Shown: positions 30,898 to 41,910 of the stretch, in pieces
Numbering within the stretch: position 1 is the stretch's first letter
How the letters are laid out: every line of letters begins with the position of its first letter
Source of the DNA: an uncultured Bacillota bacterium
GTDB lineage: Bacteria; Sysuimicrobiota; Sysuimicrobiia; Sysuimicrobiales; Segetimicrobiaceae
Assembly: GCA_963804645.1 (NCBI GenBank)
Contig: CAWDRG010000017.1
Location: 128,001-192,000 of the forward strand
Direction of reading: 5' to 3'
Length of the DNA: 64,000 bases
Notes under the pieces: generated by a model
The model's input: only the letters and a program-made list of their open reading frames with translations
Told to the model about the DNA's origin: nothing
Databases searched by the model: none
Position numbers and translations under genes: made by a program

Positions 30898-31878
30898 CTA
30901 TTCTTCGCCGCGACGGCGCGAGCCCCTGTGGGACGGCGCCGCGGCTTCGCCGGCGCGCAGCTCTTCGAGCAGGTCCGTGAGGTCCGCCGGAAGCGGCGCG
31001 GCGCAGACGAGGCGCGTGCCGGTGTGCGGGTGCGTGAACTCGAGCCGGGCGGCGTGCAGCGCCTGGCGCCCGAGGCCCCCGCGCGCCCGCCCGTACACCG
31101 GGTCCCCGAGCAGCGGATGACCGAGATGGGCGAGGTGCACCCGGATCTGGTGGGTCCGGCCGGTTTCGAGACGGCACTCGACGAGGGTGGCGTCCGCAAA
31201 CCGCTCGAGCACCCGGTAGTGGGTCACGGCGGGCCGGCCGCGATCGGTGACGGCCTGGCGGGTCCGGTGAAACGGGTGCCGGCCCACCGCGGCCTGGATG
31301 GTGCCGGCGTCGCGGGGGAGGCGGCCGCGGACGAACGCCAGATACGTCCGCGACATCGTGCGCGACTTCAGCTGGGAGGCGAGCGAGCGGTGCGCGGCGT
31401 CGGACTTCGCGATCACGAGGAGCCCCGAGGTGTCCTTGTCGAGGCGATGCACGATGCCGGGGCGCAGCTCCCCGCCGACGCCCCGGAGGTCGCCGACCCG
31501 GGCGAGCACCGCGTTCACGAGGGTCCCGGACGGGTGCCCGGGCCCCGGATGCACCGTCAGGCCGGCCGGCTTGTTCACGACGAGCAGGGCCTCGTCCTCG
31601 TACACCACGTCGAGCGGAATCGGCTCGGGACGCAAGATGGTAGGGGCCGGCGGCGGCACCTCCACCCGCACCGTCTGCCCCGCCTCCAAGTGAAACGACG
31701 GCTTGCGCGGGCGGCCGTCGACGAGAACGCGTCCTTCGACCGTCAGACGCGCGATGCGGGAGCGGGACAGCTGCGGCAGCCGCTCGGCGACCACGACATC
31801 GAGACGGCGGCCCCGGTCCTCCGGCGCCGCCTCGAAGGTCTCGCCGGACGGGTGGAGCGGATCAGTCTCGAGGTTCAA
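30898..31878 (-). CDS. rluD: RluA/RluD family pseudouridine synthase with S4 domain
   Basis: RLDVVVA, VNKPAG, HRLDKDTSG, GRTHQIRVH. Start approximate. Confidence 0.92.
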   Translation of the reverse strand: MNLETDPLHPSGETFEAAPEDRGRRLDVVVAERLPQLSRSRIARLTVEGRVLVDGRPRKPSFHLEAGQTVRVEVPPPAPTILRPEPIPLDVVYEDEALLVVNKPAGLTVHPGPGHPSGTLVNAVLARVGDLRGVGGELRPGIVHRLDKDTSGLLVIAKSDAAHRSLASQLKSRTMSRTYLAFVRGRLPRDAGTIQAAVGRHPFHRTRQAVTDRGRPAVTHYRVLERFADATLVECRLETGRTHQIRVHLAHLGHPLLGDPVYGRARGGLGRQALHAARLEFTHPHTGTRLVCAAPLPADLTDLLEELRAGEAAAPSHRGSRRRGEE

Positions 31879-32644
31879 CGGGCTCGGGCCCGCCGCCCGT
31901 GCCGGACGCGGCACCGGCCGGAGCACTCCCGCACACCCGCCACATGACGAAGGAGAGGACCGCCACCACAATGCTCGCCACCTGCGCGAGCGTGAGCGGC
32001 CCCAGCACGCGCGGGCTGTCCATGAACGTCTCGATCACCGCGCGAGCGATCCCGTACAGCATGAGGTACTCCCAGAACAGGCGCCCCGGCGCGCGGCGCG
32101 CCCCGGCGCTCCACATCAGCACCGCGAAGATCAGCAGCGACGCCACCATCAGGTACAGCTGCGTCGGATGCCGCGGCTGGCCGAACAAATTGATCGCCCA
32201 CGGCAGCGACGTCGGCCGGCCGTAGTTGAGCCCGTACAAGAGCGTCCCGATCATGGCGATCGCGTAGCCGAGCGCCACGCTCGGCGCGGACGCGTCGGCG
32301 ATCACGCCGAGGCTCCACCCGCGGACGCGTCCGTACAGCCACGCGACGAGCGCGCCCCCCGCCAGCGCGCCGTAGAACGTGAGCCCCGCGTCCTTCCAGA
32401 TCGTGAGCATGCGCACGGGCTGGCCGGCGAAGTCGCCGAGATTGATCAGGACGTACCCGATCCGCGCGCCGATGACCCCGCCGATGATCGTGTAGAGACT
32501 CAGATCGAGGACTTCGCCCGCGTCCCACCCGAGCCCCCGCGTGCGGACCCGGAGCAGCACGATCCCGACCACGAACGCCAGCAGCAAAAACACGCCGAAC
32601 GAGGACACCGGAAACGGCCCAAGCTGGAACAGCACTGGCTTCAT
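31862..32644 (-). CDS. lgt: Prolipoprotein diacylglyceryl transferase
   Basis: MKPVLFQLG, IGARIGYV, GLTFYGA, RHPTQLY. Confidence 0.88.
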   Translation of the reverse strand: MKPVLFQLGPFPVSSFGVFLLLAFVVGIVLLRVRTRGLGWDAGEVLDLSLYTIIGGVIGARIGYVLINLGDFAGQPVRMLTIWKDAGLTFYGALAGGALVAWLYGRVRGWSLGVIADASAPSVALGYAIAMIGTLLYGLNYGRPTSLPWAINLFGQPRHPTQLYLMVASLLIFAVLMWSAGARRAPGRLFWEYLMLYGIARAVIETFMDSPRVLGPLTLAQVASIVVAVLSFVMWRVCGSAPAGAASGTGGGPEPVEPRD

Positions 32645-33153
32645 CCGTCACCCTCCCGATCCATCGAGCCTCCGCCCGACGGTGTCCCACCCGTTCGTGG
32701 CTGCGGCGCGCCGCCCGTTCGCAGCGCGAGCACCAGCAGCGCGGCGCCCACGACGATCGCGGTGTCGGCGAGATTGAACACGGGCAACACGTGGATGTCC
32801 AAGTAATCGAACACGTAGCCGGTGTGCAGCCGCTCGACGATGTTGCTGAGCGCGCCCCCGAGGATCAGCCCGAATCCCCACTGCCCGGCCCGGCCGGCCA
32901 GCCAAGCGTCCCTATTGTAGAGAACGACGGCAAGCACGGTCAAGGCAATCGCGACCGTCCCGGCCGTCGGCAGGCGCGCCAGGAGCCCGAACGCGATGCC
33001 TCGATTTTCGACCGTGGTGAGCGACAGCACCCCGGGGATCACGACCTGCTCCGCGCCGGGAGCCAGCGAGGCCGCTGCGGCGCGGCCCCCGACCTGGGCC
33101 GCGGCAAACGCCGCGACCAGCGCGCCGGCCCAGGCGTACCGGACGCCCGTCAG
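32641..33153 (-). CDS. lspA: Lipoprotein signal peptidase II
   Basis: NRGIAFG, GGALSNIVER, VFDYLD, PVFNLAD. Start approximate. Confidence 0.88.
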   Translation of the reverse strand: MTGVRYAWAGALVAAFAAAQVGGRAAAASLAPGAEQVVIPGVLSLTTVENRGIAFGLLARLPTAGTVAIALTVLAVVLYNRDAWLAGRAGQWGFGLILGGALSNIVERLHTGYVFDYLDIHVLPVFNLADTAIVVGAALLVLALRTGGAPQPRTGGTPSGGGSMDREGDG

Positions 33154-33683
33154 CGTGCGAGGCTGCGCAGGCGCTCCTCGCGCTCCTTGCACTTGATGCA
33201 CAGCCGCGCGTAGGGAATCGCCTTCAGACGGTTGGTGTCGATCGGCCGCCCGCAGCCGCCGCAGACGCCGTACGTGCCGCCCCGGATCCTGCCCAGGGCT
33301 TCCTCGACCTGTTCGAGCAGTCCGAGCACGCTGCTCTCGAGCGCAAACCCCTTCTCGCGCTCGAACGTCTCCGTCGCCACGTCCACGAGATCGTCGTCGT
33401 ACCCGGAGGCGTCGGCGGCGGGCTTCTCCTCGGTCTTGACCTGATGCTGCTCCATCTCGGCGAGCTCCTGGCGGAGGCGGCGGCGCTCCTCCTGCAGCCG
33501 GCGGCTGAAATCCGCGGCCTTCGCGGCCGGCATGCCCTTCGCCGGTCGAGGCGCGGCGTCGTGGTTCGCGGCGGCTTTCGGAGCGGCCGCGCGCGGGGCC
33601 GCCTTCTTCGCGGCCCGCGTCTTCGGACGCGCCGGTCGTGCGCGGCGGGCGGGGGTCGGCTTCGAGGCACGCTTCTGCGGCAT
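33150..33683 (-). CDS. dksA: TraR/DksA C4 zinc-finger protein
   Basis: DLVDVAT coiled-coil tip, GTYGVCGGC...RLKAIPYARLCIKC; Ala/Lys-rich N-terminus. Confidence 0.88.
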   Translation of the reverse strand: MPQKRASKPTPARRARPARPKTRAAKKAAPRAAAPKAAANHDAAPRPAKGMPAAKAADFSRRLQEERRRLRQELAEMEQHQVKTEEKPAADASGYDDDLVDVATETFEREKGFALESSVLGLLEQVEEALGRIRGGTYGVCGGCGRPIDTNRLKAIPYARLCIKCKEREERLRSLAR

Positions 33684-34484
33684 TCAATTCCTCCTCACGG
33701 GATCGGTGGCCTGGTCGATGTCGTTGGGACTACGTCCGGACGCCGCGGGAAATTCCCGCGCGAACGCGTCTCGCAGCGCCGCGCGCGCGAGGATCTCGGT
33801 GCCGTCCAGGACGGGCACCGCGGCGTCTTCCGCGCCCATCACGAGCGGCAGCTCGGTGCAGCCCAGCACGACGGCACCGGCCCCCCGCCGGACGAGCCCG
33901 CCGGCGATCCGATGCACGGCCGCCCGCACCCCGGGCCCGAGATCACCGGCCTTCACCGCGTGAATCGCGTCCATCACCGCCGCCTCATCGTCGGGGTCCG
34001 GCTCGAGCGTGACGATCCCGCGGGCGGCCAGCGCCTCGTGGTACCGGCGCATCCGGAGCGTGCCCTCCGTCGCGAGCAGCCCCACCGCGTCCGGCCGCGG
34101 CGTGAGCGCCGCCGCCGCGCGCGCGACCTCGTCCGTGATGTCCAGCACCGGCACGGACACGGCTGCGCGGATCGCCCCGAGGAACGCGTGCGCCGAGTTG
34201 CACGGGATCGCGATCAACTCCGCCCCGGCGCGCTCGAGGTTCTGCGCGGTCTCGACCAGGGCGGGCGTCGGATCCGGGCCCCGCCCGAGCACCGCCTCGG
34301 TGCGGTCCGGGATCGCGGCGTTGCCGTCGATGATCACACGGGGGTGGTCCTGATCCACCTGCGCGGGGGTGAGCCGCACCAGCTTCGCGTAGAAATCGAC
34401 GGTCGCGGCGGGGCCCATGCCGCCGAGGACACCGATCACCCGCGGCCGCCGTCCGGAGGCGCGGCCGTCGCGCCCCCCGCTCAT
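33684..34484 (-). CDS. Aspartate/glutamate racemase family protein
   Basis: GVLGGMGPAAT, IPDRT, PCNSAH, LGCTEL. Confidence 0.93.
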   Translation of the reverse strand: MSGGRDGRASGRRPRVIGVLGGMGPAATVDFYAKLVRLTPAQVDQDHPRVIIDGNAAIPDRTEAVLGRGPDPTPALVETAQNLERAGAELIAIPCNSAHAFLGAIRAAVSVPVLDITDEVARAAAALTPRPDAVGLLATEGTLRMRRYHEALAARGIVTLEPDPDDEAAVMDAIHAVKAGDLGPGVRAAVHRIAGGLVRRGAGAVVLGCTELPLVMGAEDAAVPVLDGTEILARAALRDAFAREFPAASGRSPNDIDQATDPVRRN

Positions 34485-34533
34485 CGCGCCACCACGGCCG
34501 TGTTGATTCGGGCCGAGTCCCGGGTCCCCTGCT

Positions 34534-37500
34534 TCACCGCAGCCCCTCCCCCGCGCGCGCGATCGCGAGCGTGACGTCCCGCCCATCGAGCCGCAGCGTC
34601 TTGCGGTGGACGCCGGCGCCGTCCGGGATCGCCCCAGCCCGGGCCTCGCGGGCCAGCACCTCGCGCAGCACGTAGTCGCCGTGCGCCCGGAAGAGCGCGG
34701 CGAGCCGCTCGTCGCCCTCGTGGTACAGGACGATCCGGTCGGCGATCTCCAGCCCGGCGTCCTTGCGCATCTGCTGGATCTGGTGCACCAATTCGCGGGC
34801 GACCCCCTCCTGCACCAGCGCGTCGGTCAGGGTGGTCTCCAGCACAACCCAGTTGCCGCCCTCGCCCGCGCCCACCAGGTCGGGGTGCCAGTGCATCCGC
34901 ACGTCCACCTCGGCTCGCTCGAGCACGATCTCCCGGCCGTCGCTCAGGCGCAGGCGATACGGCTCCCCGTCAGGCGTCCGGGCCAGCAGGGCCTCGCCCT
35001 CCAGGCGCAGGGCCTCGACGATCTTCGTGATCTCTCCGCCGAACTTCGGCCCGAGCAGGTCGAACCGCGGCCGCACGTCAAGCCGGCCGAGCGCGCCGAC
35101 CGAGGTCTCGAAGCGCACCTCCTTGACGTTCAGCTCGTCCTTGATGTGCTCCACAAGCTCCGGCAGGCGCGCGACGGCGCCCGACCGCTCCACGGCCACG
35201 GCCGCGCGCAGCGGCTGCCGCACGCGCAGTTTCGCCGCGTTGCGGGCCGCCCGCCCGAGGGAGATCAGGGTGCGGGCCCGCTCGACCGCGTCCTCGAGCG
35301 AGACGTCCCGGGGCCAGGCCTCCGCCTCGGGCATCGCGCACAGGTGCACGCTCGGGATCGACGACGCATCCTGCGCGCGGACCAGGTTCTGGTACAGCGC
35401 CTCCGAAAGGAACGGCACAAACGGCGCGAGCACCTTCGCGAGCCCGACGAGGACCTCGTACAGCGTCGCGTAGGCCGCCTGCTTGTCCGCGTCGGCCTCG
35501 GACTTCCAGTACCGCCGCCGGCCGCGGCGCACGTACCACGTCGAGAGGTCCTCCACGAACCGCTCCGCCGGCCTGGCGGCGCCGGGCACGTCGTACGCGT
35601 CGAGGCGCTCGCGCACGGTGGCGACCAAGCCCGAGAGCCGGGACAGAATCCACCGGTCCAGCAGCGGCCGCTCGGCGACCGCCGGCGAGGGGCCGGGCGC
35701 CCACCCGTCGAGCGCGGCGTAGGTGACGAAGAACGCGTAGACGTTCCACAGCGGCAGCACGAAGCGGCGGCGGACGTCGTCGCCGGGCCCGTAGCCGAAG
35801 TTCACGTTCTGCGCGGGATTCTGCAGGGCGTAGAGCCAGCGGATCACGTCGGCGCCCATCTTCTCCGCGGCGTCGTTGAACTCGATCATGTTGCCCCACG
35901 ACTTGTGCATCTCGCGGCCGGTCTCGTCGCGGACCATCGCGTGCCCGAGGCAGGTCCGGTACGGCTCACGGTCCTCCAGCACGGTGCTCATCACCAGCAT
36001 GGAGTAGAACCAGTTGCGGTACTGCCCGGGAAACGCCTCGGTGATGAAATCCGCCGGGAACCACTCCGCCCACGCGGCGCGGTCGGTGCGGTAGCCCAGC
36101 GTCGAGTACGGGACGATCCCCGCGTCCAGCCAGGGGTTGCCGACGTCCGCGATCCGCGACGCGAGCCCGCCGCAGTGGGGGCAGCGGATCTTGACCGCGT
36201 CGACCCACGGGCGGTGCGGCGTGTGCCCCGCGAACGCGTCCCAGCCTTCGACGGCCCGCGCCTCCAGCTCGTGCTCGCTCCCGATCACCTCGAACGTCTT
36301 GCACGCCCGGCACTCCCAGATCGGCAGCGCGAGCCCCCAGTACCGCTTCTTGCTGATCATCCAGTCGTGCATGTTGCGCAGCCAGTCGAGCTCGCGGTCG
36401 AGCCCGAACTCCGGCAGCCAGCGGATCTTGCGGGTCACCGCCATCATCGGCTCGCGCAGCGGATCCATCGCGATGAACCACTCGTCCACCAGGCGGAAGA
36501 CAAGCTGGCTGCCGCACCGCCAGCACAGCGGATACCGGTGCGTGTACTCGTCGGCACGGTACAGGAATCCGCGGACCTCGAGATCGTCCCGGATCGGCAC
36601 CGCGACGTCGTCGACGTGCCGCCCCGCGAGCCAGCCGAACGACTCGGTGAACACCCCAAACTCGTCGATCGGCGCGAGCACCGCCAGCGCGTGGAGTTTG
36701 CCGAGGGCGAAGTCTTCGGCGCCGCAGCCGGGCGCGATGTGGACGAGCCCGGTGCCCTCGGCCGCGCTCACGTCCGTCCAGGGAATCACCCGGTGCGCGA
36801 CGCCCTGCTGCGCCGGCAGCTCATCGAACGGCCCCTCGTACGCCCACCCGACGAGCTCCGACCCCGGCAGCTCGCGGATGACCCGCGCCTTCCCCGTGAT
36901 CACCTCGGCGACGCGGTCGCGCCCCACGTAGTACGTCCGCCCGTCCTGCTGCACCTGGGCGTACTGGGCTCGGGGTGCACCGCGACGGCGACGTTGCTCG
37001 TGAGGGTCCACGGCGTCGTCGTCCAGACGAGCAGGTACTCGCCGGGCCGGCCCACGAGCGGGAGGCGCACCGTGAGGGCGAGGTGCGTCACCTCCTGGTA
37101 CCCCTCGGTCACGATCTCATGCTCGGACAGGCCGGTGCTGCACCGCGGACACCAGGGCATCACGTCGTGCCCCTTGTAGAGGAGCCCCCGCTCCGCGCAC
37201 CGCTTGAGGAACATCCAGATCGAGTAGTTGTTCTCGGCCGACATCGTGTAGTACGAGTGGTCCCAGTCCATCCAGTAGCCGAGCCGGAGCGACTGCTGCG
37301 TCTGGATGCCCGCGAATCGGAGGACGCGCGCCTTGCAGCGCTCGACGAACTCGGCGATGCCGTACTGCTCGATGTCGCGCTTCGACTTGAAGCCGAGCTC
37401 CTTCTCCACCTCGACCTCGACCCACAGCCCCTGGCAGTCGAAGCCGTTCTGGTACCGCTGGCGGTGGCCGAGCATCGTGTGGTAGCGGCAGAACAGATCC

Positions 37501-37700
37501 TTGTACGTCCGGCCCCACGCGTGGTGCACGCCCATCGGGTTGTTGGCGGTGATCGGCCCGTCGAGGAACGACCACCGCTCATCGGCGGATGCGTTGCGCG
37601 CGAGGTAGGCGGCGAGAATGCCCTCGCGCTCCCACCAGGCGAGCAGCGAGCGCTCCTGGGCGGTAAAGTCCACGCGCGCATCGACAGGCGAAAACGGCAT
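34534..37700 (-). CDS. ileS: Isoleucyl-tRNA synthetase type 2 (single frameshift near 36967)
   Basis: [49 protein letters not shown]; Ile T-box upstream. Confidence 0.94.
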
Positions 37701-37724
37701 GCGGTGCCTCCTCAACAACACAGC

Positions 37725-37980
37725 CCCCGACCGGAAGGGACGGGGGCCGTGGTACCACCCTTGGTCCGGACCGAAGCCCGGCACTCACGCGCTCGGGATC
37801 GCGCTCGCCTCCCGAACCGCTCGCCCCGCTACCGGAGGGCCACCGGCGGCCATTCGGGACGCGCTCGGCGTCCGGTGAGACCGCAGCTCAAGAGGTGATG
37901 CGCCGCCGCCGGCATCGTACCGGCTCCCACCGCTCCCGGCTCGCTTCCCTCGCCCCGCGGCAGCGGTCCTCTGTCATGGC
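37725..37980 (-). ncRNA. T-box riboswitch (Ile)
   Basis: Stem I AGAGG...AGCGAG...GGTGGGAG...GC-ATC-ACCTCT with AUC specifier; antiterminator AAGGGTGGTACCACGG...CGTCCCTT. Confidence 0.9.
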
Positions 37981-37993
37981 TCTGTTCTGCGCG

Positions 37994-38023
37994 ATTCTAG
38001 CACACGCGGAATGCGAGCGTCAA
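37994..38023 (-). promoter_or_regulatory. Sigma70-type promoter for the T-box/ileS leader
   Basis: TTGACG-N18-TAGAAT. Confidence 0.7.
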
Positions 38024-38047
38024 ACGCGCGTCGGCCGACTCGGCCGA

Positions 38048-39514
38048 CTAGGGCGGAGGCGTCGCCGCCGTCTCGGTGGGCTCGGGACCGGCCGCTGAGA
38101 ACCCGACCGGCGCCAGCACCGCGAAGGGATCCTCGGGCCCCGCCCGACCGATGCGCAGTCCCGCGAGGTCGGGCAGGCCCACCCCGCTGTGCTCGGTCTT
38201 CATCCACTCGAACCGCCCGGTGAACACGCTGCGCCCGTACCGGAACAGCGCGAGCGGAAGCGCGACGATCTGATGCATCGCGAACAGCATGTACCGGGCC
38301 GAGCACCACAAGAGGACCAGCGGGCTGTACCGCCGGCCGATCGCCATCGCGACGACGGTCGCGGCCAGCACGATGATCCAGTAGTACCCGTACAGCGGCT
38401 GGTGGGCCGTGACCGGCAGCGCGCTCGCCATCGACACGTCGCGCGCGGCGGCCGCGTCAACCCACTTTTCCACGAGATAGCCGTAGCTCGTGATCATCAG
38501 GAGGGACAGCACGAGCGATCCCAGCAGGAACACCAAGAAGTCTAGCCGCTTCCGCCACGGCACCGGCGCGCGCAGCAGGGCCGCGAAGTGGTCGAACAGG
38601 CACCGCAGCGACCCCTCCGACCAGCGGGTGCGCTGCTGGATCAGCCCGCGCAGGGTGGGCACCGCCTCCTCCCAGACGACCACATCCTCGCAGTAATGCA
38701 CGGTCCAGCCGCGCAGCGCGTACCGGATCGACAGATCGATGTCCTCGGTCAGCGCCTCCTCGTTCCATCCCCCCACCGCTTCCAGGGTGTCGCGGCGCGT
38801 GACGAGCCCGTTGCCGGTCAGGATCACCGCGCCCCCGAGCCGATGCCGGCTGCGCTGGGTCAGCGTCTGAAACACGAAGTAGTCGTCTTCCTGGGCGCGC
38901 ATGAGGGCGTTGCGGCCGCCGTCGTAGACGAGCTTGCGCGCCTGCACGCCGGCCACGCCCGGGCGTGCGAGGTAGGGCACCAGCCGGCCCAGAAAATCCG
39001 GCGCCACGCGCGCATCGGCGTCGAACACCGAGATCACCTCGCCGCGGGCGGCGACCAGCCCCACGTTGAGTGCCACGGCCTTGCCGACCCCGTCCTCGGG
39101 GGTGGGGCGCACCACCGTAAACGACAGGGTGCGCTGCAGCGCCTCGAGCACCGCGGCCGTGCGGTCGGTCGACCGGTGATCCACCACGATCACCTCAAAG
39201 AGCGCGCGGCCGTCGGGGCCCCGATAGTCGAGCCCGCACAAACACCGCACCGTCTCGGCGATGACCCCTTCCTCGTTGCGGGCCGGCACGATCACGCTGA
39301 CGAACGGCCGGTATCCGTCGGGCGCGGGCGGCTCCGGACGCCGCGGCAGCACGCCGACGACCGCGAGGATCGTGCCGTAGAGGCCCGAGAGGAAGAACAC
39401 GAGGGACACCCACGTCACGTCCCGATGGGCGAGCCCCAGCACGGAGCACCCCAGCCAGAGGGCCCCGATCAGCACGACGAACATCTGGCGGCGCACCATC
39501 CGGCGGTGCCTCAT
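38048..39514 (-). CDS. GT2 family membrane glycosyltransferase
   Basis: VPARNE, GKAVALN, FDAD, TED, QRTRW. Confidence 0.92.
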   Translation of the reverse strand: MRHRRMVRRQMFVVLIGALWLGCSVLGLAHRDVTWVSLVFFLSGLYGTILAVVGVLPRRPEPPAPDGYRPFVSVIVPARNEEGVIAETVRCLCGLDYRGPDGRALFEVIVVDHRSTDRTAAVLEALQRTLSFTVVRPTPEDGVGKAVALNVGLVAARGEVISVFDADARVAPDFLGRLVPYLARPGVAGVQARKLVYDGGRNALMRAQEDDYFVFQTLTQRSRHRLGGAVILTGNGLVTRRDTLEAVGGWNEEALTEDIDLSIRYALRGWTVHYCEDVVVWEEAVPTLRGLIQQRTRWSEGSLRCLFDHFAALLRAPVPWRKRLDFLVFLLGSLVLSLLMITSYGYLVEKWVDAAAARDVSMASALPVTAHQPLYGYYWIIVLAATVVAMAIGRRYSPLVLLWCSARYMLFAMHQIVALPLALFRYGRSVFTGRFEWMKTEHSGVGLPDLAGLRIGRAGPEDPFAVLAPVGFSAAGPEPTETAATPPP

Positions 39515-40572
39515 GCTCCGCCTCCCACGGCGGCGGACACGGCGCCCAGCGCGCGGCGCAGGCCCTCGTCGAACGGCGGTCGGATCACTCCCTGCTCGGT
39601 CACGATCGCGGTGACGAGATGATGCGGGGTGACGTCAAACGCCGGGTTGCGCACCGCGATCCCCTCGGGAGCGATGCGCACCCCCGCCACCGACGTCACC
39701 TCGGCCGGCGCGCGCTCCTCGATCGGGATCGCGTCCCCGTCCGGCGTGTCGAGATCCACGGTCGAGGTCGGCGCGGCCACGTAGAACGGGACCCCGTGCG
39801 CCTGCGCCAGCACCGCCAGCGTATACGTGCCGACTTTGTTGGCGACGTCGCCGTTGCGGGCGATCCGATCCGCCCCCACCAAGACCGCGTCGATCTCGCC
39901 GCGCCGCATCAGCGCACCGGCGGCGTTGTCGGTGATCAAGGTGCAGGGAATGCCGCACCGCAGGAGCTCCCACGCCGTCAACCGCGCGCCCTGCAGCACG
40001 GGGCGCGTCTCGCACGCGAACACGTGAATGCCGATCCCCCCCTCATGGGCGCACCGCAGCACCCCAAATGCCGTTCCGTATCCCCCGGTCGCGAGCATCC
40101 CCGTGTTGCAGTACGTCAGGACGCGCGCCCCGCGCGCCAAGAGCCCGGCGCCGTGCCGGCCGATCCGGCGGTTCGTGTCGGCATCCGCCCGCGCGAGTGC
40201 GTCGGCCGCGCGGAGCAGCTCCGCGGCGAGGTCCGTCGACCCCGGGGCGTCGACGAGCGCGCGCAGCCGATCCAGCGCCCACCCGAGATTCACGGCCGTG
40301 GGGCGCGTGCTCCGCAGTCCCGACGCCGCGGCGTGCACGGCGCGCCGCCGGTCGGCGGCAGGGAGGGCCGAGGCGGAGCGGGCGGCGAGGACCATCCCGT
40401 ACGCGGCCGCGAGGCCGATCGCCGGCGCCCCGCGCACCACCAGCGTCCGGATCGCGTCCGCGACATCCTCCCAGCGCTCGCACCGGCGCAGGCGACTCTC
40501 GTGTGGAAGCGCCGTCTGATCGAGGAGCACCAGCGCCCCGTCGTCCCACCACAGGGACAGGTCAGCGCTCAT
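39511..40572 (-). CDS. mtnA: S-methyl-5-thioribose-1-phosphate isomerase
   Basis: LLDQT, VRGAPAIG, TRPTAVNL, CNTG, ETRPVLQGARLT, NKVGTY. Confidence 0.95.
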   Translation of the reverse strand: MSADLSLWWDDGALVLLDQTALPHESRLRRCERWEDVADAIRTLVVRGAPAIGLAAAYGMVLAARSASALPAADRRRAVHAAASGLRSTRPTAVNLGWALDRLRALVDAPGSTDLAAELLRAADALARADADTNRRIGRHGAGLLARGARVLTYCNTGMLATGGYGTAFGVLRCAHEGGIGIHVFACETRPVLQGARLTAWELLRCGIPCTLITDNAAGALMRRGEIDAVLVGADRIARNGDVANKVGTYTLAVLAQAHGVPFYVAAPTSTVDLDTPDGDAIPIEERAPAEVTSVAGVRIAPEGIAVRNPAFDVTPHHLVTAIVTEQGVIRPPFDEGLRRALGAVSAAVGGGA

Positions 40573-40685
40573 CGGGGGGCGCGTCCGCGTTGGTTGTGAT
40601 CATCCGTGCCGGTGCCTCCACAAGCGGCCGCAGCGCGTGGGGCCTGGCGGCCTCCGTTCACCGGCCGGACCGCGGCCGGGGCAGA

Positions 40686-41105
40686 CTACTCCACGGTGAA
40701 GAGCGGACCCGCCACCGTCTCCTCGCGCAGCATCTCGGCGGTGATCGTCACGTGATGGGGCGTAAACAGAAAGATCTCCTCGCCCACGCGGTGCATGTGC
40801 CCGTCGAGCGCATATGCCACGCCGCTCAAGAAGTCTACCACACGTCGGCCCAGTTCCTTCTGCGTGTCGCGCAGGTTGATCACGATCGGGCGCTGTGTCT
40901 TGAGATAATCCGCGGCGGTCTGCGCCTCGTCGTACGCGCGCGGCTCAAGCACGATGATCTCCAACTGCCGCGGCGTGTGCAGGCTGAAGATCGGCGTCCG
41001 CTGCCCAGGCGCGTCGCTGCGCGCGACGGCCCCCTCCTCGTCGTCCGCGAAGCCCAAGAAGCTCCACATCCGCTGCATCATCCGGCCCATCGTACTGCCT
41101 CCCAT
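40686..41105 (-). CDS. sepF: Cell division protein SepF
   Basis: EPRAYDEA, RVVDFLSG, IFLFTP; follows yggS. Confidence 0.92.
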   Translation of the reverse strand: MGGSTMGRMMQRMWSFLGFADDEEGAVARSDAPGQRTPIFSLHTPRQLEIIVLEPRAYDEAQTAADYLKTQRPIVINLRDTQKELGRRVVDFLSGVAYALDGHMHRVGEEIFLFTPHHVTITAEMLREETVAGPLFTVE

Positions 41106-41175
41106 CCACTGCTGCGTCTGCTGCTGCGATCGCTGCTGCGTCCGTGTTCCGTCTACGGCTGCGTGTCTCCGTGCG

Positions 41176-41856
41176 CTAGGCGAACAGGGCCCGACCGACC
41201 CGGATCATCGTGGCGCCTTCCTCGATGGCCGCCTCGAAGTCATTGCTCATCCCCATCGACAGCTCCGGCAGCGCCAGGTCCGCGTGCCGGTCGCGAATCC
41301 CGTCCCGCAGCTCGCGCAGCCTCCGGAAAAACGGCCGCGCCTCCTCCGGGCGCGCCACGAGCGGCGCCATCCCCATGCACCCGCGGAGCCGCAGCCCGGG
41401 GAGCCGGCTGACCTCCAGCGCGACCTGCTCCAACTCGTCCGGCGCGATCCCGTGCTTCTCGGGCTCACCGGAGATGTGCACCTCCAGGAGCACGTCCACC
41501 GGGACTCGGCCGCCGTCCCCCCCGGCCCGGCGGCTGATCTCCTCGGCCAGGCTCAGCGAATCCACCGAGTGGATCACATCGAACAGCCGAACCGCTTCCT
41601 TGACCTTGTTGCGCTGCAGGCTCCCGATCAGATGCCAGGACACGCCAGGCACCAGCGGCACCTTCTCGCGGGCCTCCTGCACCCGGTTCTCCCCCAACAC
41701 CCGGAGCCCGGCCGCCACCCCCTCCCGAATCCGGTCGAGGGACACGGTCTTGGTCACCGCGACCAACAGCACATCGTCCGGGCGCCGCCGCGCCCGCTCC
41801 GCCGCGGCTTGGATCCTGGCCCGGATCCGGGCCACGTTTGCAGCGATATCAGCCAT
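41176..41856 (-). CDS. yggS: PLP homeostasis protein YggS/YlmE
   Basis: LVAVTK, GENRVQE, HLIGSLQRNK, LSMGMSND, RVGRALF. Confidence 0.96.
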   Translation of the reverse strand: MADIAANVARIRARIQAAAERARRRPDDVLLVAVTKTVSLDRIREGVAAGLRVLGENRVQEAREKVPLVPGVSWHLIGSLQRNKVKEAVRLFDVIHSVDSLSLAEEISRRAGGDGGRVPVDVLLEVHISGEPEKHGIAPDELEQVALEVSRLPGLRLRGCMGMAPLVARPEEARPFFRRLRELRDGIRDRHADLALPELSMGMSNDFEAAIEEGATMIRVGRALFA

Positions 41857-41910
41857 AAACCGCCCCTGGCGCGCGTCGTATTCGACGGCGGGGCCTATTT
41901 CCCTCTGATA

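Noticed and set aside
36950..36985. Programmed frameshift in ileS
   Set aside because: No slippery sequence; similar indels occur in fmt, so sequencing error is simpler.
34606..37179. Long antisense ORFs such as 34606-37179(+), 15214-16812(+), 44054-45817(+) and 30259-31947(+)
   Set aside because: Shadow ORFs caused by high GC3 on the opposite coding strand.
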